Positions 58,177 to 64,000 of a DNA stretch of 64,000 nucleotides are shown here, in pieces (the stretch's first letter is position 1; the number at the start of each line of letters is the position of its first letter). The position numbers were made by a program, and so were the translations under genes. The stretch is from Clostridiales bacterium. Lineage in GTDB: Bacteria; Bacillota; Clostridia; UBA1381. Under the pieces are notes generated by a model that was not told where the DNA came from, made no database searches, and saw nothing but the letters and a program-made list of their open reading frames with translations. Location: positions 24,875 to 88,874 of the forward strand of contig JAQXZB010000032.1 in the NCBI GenBank assembly GCA_029226975.1, in the 5' to 3' direction.

Positions 58177-58361
58177 AAAAACAGGGGCGGATAAATAATA
58201 CCAAAAAGGCTTGAATTATCTCCGTCCTTTTGCCTGAGAGATCGGCGCATAACGCTTTACACCTTCGGCACCCGTTGGGCTTCTCCGGAGCGTCACTGAC
58301 ACTTAACAATGCAACAGCATCCATGCGGGCAATCCGCCCCTTTGCGTTTGCCCTTCCGCAT
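58177..58361 (-). promoter_or_regulatory. Glycine riboswitch: one complete aptamer preceded by a short hairpin, followed by a putative terminator
   Basis: Minus strand reads CTCCGGAGAAGCCC...GGTGCCGAAGGTGTAA...GATCTCTCAGGCAAAAGGACGGAG (58220-58290). Upstream hairpin ATGCGGAAGGGCAA...TTGCCCGCAT (58323-58361). Downstream TCCGCCCCTGTTTTT. Confidence 0.75.
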
Positions 58362-58384
58362 ATAAATATCAAAATGACTTGCTT

Positions 58385-58425
58385 ATTATATCATGTAGTA
58401 TAACATAAATTTCGGTAAAATGCAA
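58385..58425 (-). promoter_or_regulatory. Promoter region for the glycine riboswitch and symporter
   Basis: Minus strand reads TTGCAT-17 nt-TATACT, and an extended -10 TGATATAAT lies 4 nt further downstream. Confidence 0.4.
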
Positions 58426-58510
58426 GGGGTTTATGACATTTTTTTCCGAATTATCCGTATTATTTTTCAAAATTGACCATTTTTCTCTATTACAAGCTTT
58501 TAAACAATGG

Positions 58511-58918
58511 TCATTTTTTTGTCCGGAGAAACTGCTTGGCTCTTTTAAACAGAGCAGGCTGTATAGACGGATGAGTCAGATTATCGGGCAAATCATCAAA
58601 AAAATGTACGCTTTCCATTTCAAAATCCGGCAAATCGGTAAATTTTTGTATGTTGGCATAATACAACATACCGTAATCATCAACCTTGTAAATGCAAATC
58701 GGCTCAATATCAAATTCAACCGCTCCCGTTTCCTCATATAATTCGCGCTTTGCTGTGTCAAGTACATTTTCACCCGCTTCGCGGTGTCCGCCGGGAATTT
58801 CGTATGTATTGCGGCTTTTGTGTTTGCAAAACACCCACTTGCCCTTATAACGAGCGGCAATTACCGCATATTTTATTGTTTCATCCTCCGCATTGTCATA
58901 AAATTTAACACTATTCAT
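58511..58918 (-). CDS. NUDIX hydrolase
   Basis: The Nudix box GGHREAGENVLDTAKRELYEETGA fits GX5EX7REUXEEXGU exactly. Confidence 0.85.
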   Translation of the reverse strand: MNSVKFYDNAEDETIKYAVIAARYKGKWVFCKHKSRNTYEIPGGHREAGENVLDTAKRELYEETGAVEFDIEPICIYKVDDYGMLYYANIQKFTDLPDFEMESVHFFDDLPDNLTHPSIQPALFKRAKQFLRTKK

Positions 58919-58946
58919 GCTTGCTCCTCACCGACTGTCTGCATTG

Positions 58947-59912
58947 CTATTTTGCATATTTCTTTAAAAATGTCTTGACCCGCTTCTCGTATTCTTGCTT
59001 TTGCTCATAATAAGCCTCTATATGACCGGCTCCCTCTGCTATATACAGCTCCTTGCCGCTGCGGCAGGCTTCATAGTTTTCATAAGTCATTTCCACAGGA
59101 ACAAGCACGTCCTCAGAACCGTGTATAAATAATACCGGTATTTCGGTTTCCCGCAGTGCTTCCGGTGCGGTACAGTCCTTAAAGCTGTATCCTGCCACAG
59201 CTTTACACAGCATATCTGCCGTATACAGTGTGGGAAATGCTTTTTTTCCGTATCTTCTGTTTAGCACATATTCAAGAGCTTCCCATGCGCCGGTATAGCC
59301 GCTGTCGGCAATTATCGCTTTGACATTATCTAATTTTGAAAACAAATCAGACGCCATAAGGACCGTCGAGGCACCCATGGAGCAGCCATGGAGAATGATG
59401 CTTATATCCGAGCCGTAGGTACCGTTTGTATATTCAACCCATCTTAAGCAATCGAATTTATCCAAAACACCGTAGCCGATATACTTCCCTTCACTTTCTC
59501 CATGGGCCCGCGCATCGGGGAAAAGAATATTATAGCCCAGTTCATGATAAAATCTTGCATATACAGCCATTTTTCTCAACGCGCTTCCTCTGTAGCCGTG
59601 AAACAGTATCACATACCGATTTGAGGGCTTTCTTGACGCAAGATAATGCCCGCGAAGCTTTAAGCCGTCTATGGAACGGATTTCCATCTCCGAAAGTTCC
59701 ATACCTGAAAGCCATGCCCTTTCCTCGTCATTTATCCTTGCATAACGGCAAAGCTTTTCCTCCGAATGTTCGGACAGGTTTACAAGCTTTGAATTTTCAT
59801 CTCTTACGATTGCTTCCCTAAAATATTTTATTCCGTCCGCGCAAAGCCATATTGCTCCCGCTCCCGCAGCGGCACCCGCGCCTATCAGTGCGCCTTTTGC
59901 AATATTATTCAT
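58947..59912 (-). CDS. Membrane-anchored alpha/beta hydrolase
   Basis: N-terminal TM AKGALIGAGAAAGAGAIWL, oxyanion HGYRGS, nucleophile elbow HGCSMGA and FIHGSEDVLVP. Confidence 0.75.
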   Translation of the reverse strand: MNNIAKGALIGAGAAAGAGAIWLCADGIKYFREAIVRDENSKLVNLSEHSEEKLCRYARINDEERAWLSGMELSEMEIRSIDGLKLRGHYLASRKPSNRYVILFHGYRGSALRKMAVYARFYHELGYNILFPDARAHGESEGKYIGYGVLDKFDCLRWVEYTNGTYGSDISIILHGCSMGASTVLMASDLFSKLDNVKAIIADSGYTGAWEALEYVLNRRYGKKAFPTLYTADMLCKAVAGYSFKDCTAPEALRETEIPVLFIHGSEDVLVPVEMTYENYEACRSGKELYIAEGAGHIEAYYEQKQEYEKRVKTFLKKYAK

Positions 59913-59943
59913 TCTAAATCCCCCTTTGCTGTTCAGATTATAG

Positions 59944-59968
59944 CAAAAGCGGCAAAATGCCGCTTTTG
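59944..59968 (-). terminator. Rho-independent terminator after nfnB
   Basis: Minus strand reads CAAAAGCGGCA-ttt-TGCCGCTTTTG followed by CTATAA. The U-tract lies partly within the stem. Confidence 0.6.
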
Positions 59969-59972
59969 TAAA

Positions 59973-61364
59973 TTAGCCTTGTAATTCCTCATCGATTGCC
60001 TTTGCGGCAGCCTTTCCGGCGCCCATGGCAAGAATTACCGTAGCCGCTCCGGTAACAACATCGCCGCCGGCATAAATGTGATCTCTTGAGGTCTTTCCGG
60101 TTACCTCGTCGGCAATTATGCAGCCGCGCTTGTTGGTATCAAGCCCCTTTGTGGTCTTTCTGATAAGCGGATTCGGTGTCTGACCGATTGCAACAACTGC
60201 CGTATCAATATCCAGAATTTCTTCACTGCCCTCAATTTTTACAGGTCTGCGTCTGCCGCTGTCATCCGGCTCGCCCAGCTCCATATGGACAACCTCCATA
60301 TTTGTGAGCCAGCCCTCGTCGTTGCCTATAAACTTGGTGGGATTTTGCAAAAGCTTAAAGATAATGCCTTCTTCCTTTGCGTGCTCAACCTCTTCCTTAC
60401 GGGCAGGCAATTCCTCCTCACCGCGGCGGTATACTATATAAACATTTTCTGCGCCCAGTCTTTTTGCACTTCTTGCCGCGTCCATAGCAACGTTGCCTCC
60501 GCCGAGTACGGCTACATTTTTTCCGATATATACAGGCGTATCGTAATCCGGGAACTTATAGCCCTTCATAAGATTTATTCTTGTTAAGAACTCATTGGCA
60601 GAGTATACGCCGTTTAAGCTTTCTCCGTCTATTCCCATAAAGGAAGGCAGACCCGCGCCGGAGCCTATGTATACTGCGTCATAGCCCATATCGTCAAACA
60701 GCTCGTCAACAGTAATGGTCTTTCCTATTATTACATTGGTTTCGATATCAACGCCCATTGCCTTTAAGGTATCAATTTCTTTCTGAACAATATCCTTGGG
60801 CAGTCTAAATTCCGGTATTCCGTACATCAAAACGCCGCCCGCGGTATGGAACGCCTCATAAATCGTAACAGCATAGCCCTTCTTTGCCAAATCTCCGGCA
60901 GCCGTAAGTCCCGAAGGACCGCTTCCCACAACCGCCACCTTCTTGCCGTTGGGTTCGGGCTTTACGATTTCATCCTCAACATTTTGCATATGGTAATCGG
61001 CAACAAAGCGCTCCAAGCGTCCTATGGCAACGGATTCACCCTTTATGCCGCGTACGCATTTTGCCTCACACTGCTTTTCCTGAGGACATACTATTCCGCA
61101 AACCGCCGGAAGCGCGCTTGTTTCCTTGATTTTCTGATAAGCACCCTCAAAATCATTCTGTGCAATAAGCTGTATAAATTCGGGAATTTTAACCGCTACG
61201 GGACAGCCCGCCATACAGGGCTTATTCTTGCAGTTTAAGCATCTCTGTGCCTCGTCAAGTGCCATTTCTTCGGTATAGCCTGTGGTTACTTCCTTAAAAT
61301 TCTTGTTTCTGACATTCGGATCCTGCTCAGGCATAGGATTTCTGTCAGGTCTCATATTAGGCAT
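59973..61364 (-). CDS. nfnB: NADPH-dependent glutamate-synthase-small-subunit-like oxidoreductase (NfnB/SudA/GltA-homotetrameric type)
   Basis: Two Fe-S motifs, CLNCKNKPCMAGCP and CPQEKQCEAKC. FAD/NAD folds VAVVGSGPSGLTAAGDL and VAVLGGGNVAMDAAR. 463 aa. Confidence 0.8.
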   Translation of the reverse strand: MPNMRPDRNPMPEQDPNVRNKNFKEVTTGYTEEMALDEAQRCLNCKNKPCMAGCPVAVKIPEFIQLIAQNDFEGAYQKIKETSALPAVCGIVCPQEKQCEAKCVRGIKGESVAIGRLERFVADYHMQNVEDEIVKPEPNGKKVAVVGSGPSGLTAAGDLAKKGYAVTIYEAFHTAGGVLMYGIPEFRLPKDIVQKEIDTLKAMGVDIETNVIIGKTITVDELFDDMGYDAVYIGSGAGLPSFMGIDGESLNGVYSANEFLTRINLMKGYKFPDYDTPVYIGKNVAVLGGGNVAMDAARSAKRLGAENVYIVYRRGEEELPARKEEVEHAKEEGIIFKLLQNPTKFIGNDEGWLTNMEVVHMELGEPDDSGRRRPVKIEGSEEILDIDTAVVAIGQTPNPLIRKTTKGLDTNKRGCIIADEVTGKTSRDHIYAGGDVVTGAATVILAMGAGKAAAKAIDEELQG

Positions 61365-62205
61365 TGTTATCCCTCCCTATTCTGCAGTGTCCGCTCTCAC
61401 AGGACTGCTTTTCATAAGTTTTAAACATTCTTGAACGCTTCATTGCGCTGTCCCAGTCAATAAGGTGCCCGTCAAAGTCGGGACCGTCAACGCAGGCGAA
61501 TTTGGTTTCTCCACCCACTATAACACGACATCCGCCGCACATTCCCGTACCGTCAATCATAACGGGGTTCATGCTTACGGTTGTTTTTATTCCGTATTCT
61601 TTCGTTAAATCACACACAAGCTTCATCATAATCAGCGGACCTATGGCGATTACCTCGTCAAAGCTTTCGCCCGCTTCAAGAAGCTCTCTTAACCTGTCTG
61701 TTACAAAACCCTTTGTGCCGTTTGAGCCGTCATCGGTTGTAACGATAAGCCTGTCGGAAACCTCCTTAAGCTCATCCTCCAAAATTACAAGCTCCTCATT
61801 TCTAAAGCCCGTTATTACGGTTACGTCCGCGCCCAGCTTATGCAGCTTTTTAGCCTGGGGATACGCTATTGCGGTACCGAGACCGCCGCCTATTACGGCA
61901 ACCTTTTTAATCCCATCGAGCGGTGTGGGCATACCGAGAGGTCCCGCGAAATCCAAAAGCGTTTCGCCCTCCTCTACCTTTGCCAGATCCTGTGTTGTCT
62001 TTCCGACAATCTGGACTATTATGGTGACCGTACCCTTCTCGCGGTCAAAATCAGCGATTGTAAACGGTACTCTTTCGCCATATTCGTCTATTCTTAAAAT
62101 TATAAACTGTCCCGGCTCTGCCTTTCTGGCTATCAGCGGAGCCTCTACCTCCATAAGAAATATTTGCGGATTAAGGACTTTTTTTGTTATGACTTTGTAC
62201 GACAT
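61357..62205 (-). CDS. nfnA: Ferredoxin-NADP+ reductase-like FAD/[2Fe-2S] subunit (NfnA/SudB type)
   Basis: PGQFIILRIDEYGERVPFTIAD, VIGGGLGTA and the C-terminal cluster GTGMCGGCRV...FACVDGP. The stop overlaps the nfnB start by 8 nt. The start is uncertain, ATG 62205 or 62217. Confidence 0.75.
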   Translation of the reverse strand: MSYKVITKKVLNPQIFLMEVEAPLIARKAEPGQFIILRIDEYGERVPFTIADFDREKGTVTIIVQIVGKTTQDLAKVEEGETLLDFAGPLGMPTPLDGIKKVAVIGGGLGTAIAYPQAKKLHKLGADVTVITGFRNEELVILEDELKEVSDRLIVTTDDGSNGTKGFVTDRLRELLEAGESFDEVIAIGPLIMMKLVCDLTKEYGIKTTVSMNPVMIDGTGMCGGCRVIVGGETKFACVDGPDFDGHLIDWDSAMKRSRMFKTYEKQSCESGHCRIGRDNNA

Positions 62206-62312
62206 ATGTATAATCATTAGCTCCTTTCACAAAATGCAAAAAATACTTCAGACTAATTCACACTATAGCCTACATTATATAATACCACAAATATATACTT
62301 TTTTCAAGGTTT

Positions 62313-63200
62313 TTACGCATTTTTGTTTAAAATAAATTTCTTTATATCCTCACAAAGCTCCGCTTCAAATTCCATTCGCGTCCCATTTATCGGGTGAATA
62401 AAGGTCAGATACGAGGAATGAAGTGCCTGCCTTTCAAAAAGCTGTTTGTTCTCCTCGCCGTAAAGCCAGTCGCCCAGCAGAGGATGAGAAATATATGCCA
62501 TATGCACCCGTATCTGATGCGTTCTTCCTGTTTCAAGCTCCAGCTCCAACAGTGTATAATCCCCCAGACGCTTCAAAACGCGGTAATGAGTTACGGCACG
62601 TTTTCCGCCCATATCAACACATCGGCGCAAAATCCCCTCCCCGCGCGCAATCGGCGCCGAAACCGTACCGTCCTTTTCAATATCTCCGCACACAAGAGCC
62701 ATGTATCTGCGGCGCAGCTCTCCCCTTTCAAGCTGCCCGGACAGCAATGAATGTGCATATTTATGCTTTGCAACGCACATAAGCCCCGATGTGTCCTTAT
62801 CAAGACGGTTTACCGCGTGAAACTGTCTTTTGTCACTGCCGTAATGAAACATAAGCGCATTAGCCACCGTATGGGTAAAATTCCCCGAGGAAATATGCGT
62901 CGGAACTTTGGGCGGCTTGTTTATGACAATTACGTCCTCGTCCTCATAAACAATATCAAGCTCCATTTTGACCGGCTCTATATTCTCCGACGCACCCTCA
63001 CGCATAATAAAGCGGATTTCATCCCCCTCTTTTACAATATCCGAAACCTTTTTTCTCTCTCCGTTTATGCATATTCCGTCTTCACTTGCTTTTAGATCAG
63101 TGATAAGCGAGGTTGACATATTAAGCTGTTTCTTCATAAAGTTTTTTATGCTGCTTCCGTCATATTCCGCAGAAATTGTGTAAGTCAATATCCTTTCCAT
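62313..63200 (-). CDS. RluA-family 23S rRNA/tRNA pseudouridine synthase
   Basis: S4-like N-terminus, NRLDKDTSGLMCVAK (catalytic Asp) and TGRTHQIRVHM. The start is moved to ATG 63200 (SD AAGGAGAG). Confidence 0.85.
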   Translation of the reverse strand: MERILTYTISAEYDGSSIKNFMKKQLNMSTSLITDLKASEDGICINGERKKVSDIVKEGDEIRFIMREGASENIEPVKMELDIVYEDEDVIVINKPPKVPTHISSGNFTHTVANALMFHYGSDKRQFHAVNRLDKDTSGLMCVAKHKYAHSLLSGQLERGELRRRYMALVCGDIEKDGTVSAPIARGEGILRRCVDMGGKRAVTHYRVLKRLGDYTLLELELETGRTHQIRVHMAYISHPLLGDWLYGEENKQLFERQALHSSYLTFIHPINGTRMEFEAELCEDIKKFILNKNA

Positions 63201-63265
63201 AGCACTCTCCTTTTGTATAATTATATACCGTATTTCTTTTTTTGTCAATTTTTTATAAAAACTTG

Positions 63266-63305
63266 CGAATATTTGTTTGACAAATGCTTCTGTTTGTGTT
63301 ATGAT
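63266..63305 (+). promoter_or_regulatory. lexA promoter with a degenerate SOS (Cheo-type) box overlapping the -35
   Basis: CGAATATTTGTTTG (63266-79) compared with CGAAC-N4-GTTCG has 2 mismatches. TTGACA at 63277-82, 17-nt spacer, TATGAT at 63300-05. Confidence 0.4.
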
Positions 63306-63328
63306 ATTATTATAAGGAGGAATTTACT

Positions 63329-63970
63329 ATGCCAAGAATTACCGAAAAAGATTATGAAATAATGGATTTTATTTTTGAACAGCTTGAAATGAAGGGCTTT
63401 CCGCCCACTGTAAGAGAAATATGCGATGCCGTAGGTCTTACCTCTACCGCAACCGTTCATGCGCGTATAAAAAAGCTTGAAAATGCGGGCTATATAGTAA
63501 AGGACGCGTCCAAAAACCGTTCAATGCGCCTTGTAAATTATACTCCGCGTTCTGCGCAGTCCTTGACGAATACAAATGACGAATATGATTCGCGCTATCT
63601 TGAGGTTCCCGTATACGGCAAGGTAACCGCCGGTATACCGATTACGGCAGTTCAGGACAATACCGAAACCTTCCCCCTTCCCATGTCCTTTGCAAAGAAC
63701 AAGGATTTGTTTATGCTTAAGGTGCAGGGAGAATCCATGATTAACGCCGCTATTTTGGATGGTGATTATATAATTGTGCGCCACCAGCCCACAGCCGACA
63801 ACGGCGATATTGTTGTTGCTCTTTTAAACGGTGAGGAAGCAACCGTCAAAACCTTTTACAAGGAAAAGGGTCATTTCAGACTTCAGCCCGAAAATGATAC
63901 AATGGAGCCCATTATTGTTAATGAGGTTTCAATTATCGGCAAGGTTGTCGGTGTTTTTCGTCAATTATGA
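63329..63970 (+). CDS. lexA: LexA repressor (S24 peptidase)
   Basis: wHTH GFPPTVREICDAVGLTSTATVHARIKKLENAGYI, cleavage site VTAGIP, VQGESMINAAILDGDYIIV (Ser) and VKTF (Lys). Confidence 0.93.
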   Translation: MPRITEKDYEIMDFIFEQLEMKGFPPTVREICDAVGLTSTATVHARIKKLENAGYIVKDASKNRSMRLVNYTPRSAQSLTNTNDEYDSRYLEVPVYGKVTAGIPITAVQDNTETFPLPMSFAKNKDLFMLKVQGESMINAAILDGDYIIVRHQPTADNGDIVVALLNGEEATVKTFYKEKGHFRLQPENDTMEPIIVNEVSIIGKVVGVFRQL

Positions 63971-64000
63971 TATTGACTTTTTGTATGCTTTGGTATACAA

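Noticed and set aside
58139-58372. 77-aa minus-strand ORF upstream of the symporter
   Set aside because: It coincides with the glycine riboswitch and its terminator. It has no SD. The RNA element explains the conservation-like structure.
62218-62312. Rex (redox repressor) operator upstream of nfnAB
   Set aside because: Only isolated TGTGAA half-sites are present (TAGTGTGAATTAG and TTTTGTGAAAGG), with no partner TTCACA at the appropriate spacing.
61502-62335. 277-aa plus-strand ORF over nfnA
   Set aside because: It is antisense to nfnA, extremely Ser/Pro/Thr/Ile-rich with no motifs, and spans the nfnA promoter region. It is a shadow ORF.

Overview
This 64-kb window looks like core chromosome of an anaerobic, spore-forming Firmicute of the class Clostridia, about 45% GC and probably gut-associated. 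Supporting genes are nrdDG, hydG, nfnAB, fhs, yunB, a SpoVB/YtgP-like flippase and a bile-salt-hydrolase-family gene. About 55 protein genes are packed tightly, and nearly all are recognisable housekeeping functions: rsmD-coaD, fhs, tsaEB-rpiB, serCA, hydG, yhbY-nadD-yqeK-rsfS-leuS, ligA, thrS, csoR-copA, nrdDG-cca, a complete fruR-fruK-fruA-ptsH-ptsI fructose PTS operon, nfnAB and lexA. I found no rRNA, tRNA, CRISPR array, transposase, integrase, phage gene or recognisable defence gene. Cis-regulatory elements readable directly from the sequence are a Thr (ACC) T-box before thrS, a glycine riboswitch before an alanine/glycine:cation symporter, a CIRCE operator on an hsp20 promoter, a CsoR operator, putative NrdR boxes and many near-consensus sigma-A promoters and terminators. 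I see no convincing new multi-gene system. The most unusual items are: (1) a minus-strand operon joining a 1,050-aa double GT-C glycosyltransferase fusion, an orphan class-I fumarate-hydratase alpha subunit and a LytS-type kinase, convergent with a REC-SARP response regulator whose promoter carries a perfect 11-bp tandem repeat; (2) a TetR-GNAT fusion gene with a perfect 19-bp palindrome, divergent from a 1,924-aa secreted PL11 rhamnogalacturonan lyase carrying four C-terminal jelly-roll modules; (3) a 76-aa Cys-rich ORF coupled to hydG; (4) a structured leader with twin TTTCGCGAAA palindromes before an AEC transporter. All functional calls come from reading motifs by eye. No database search was run.
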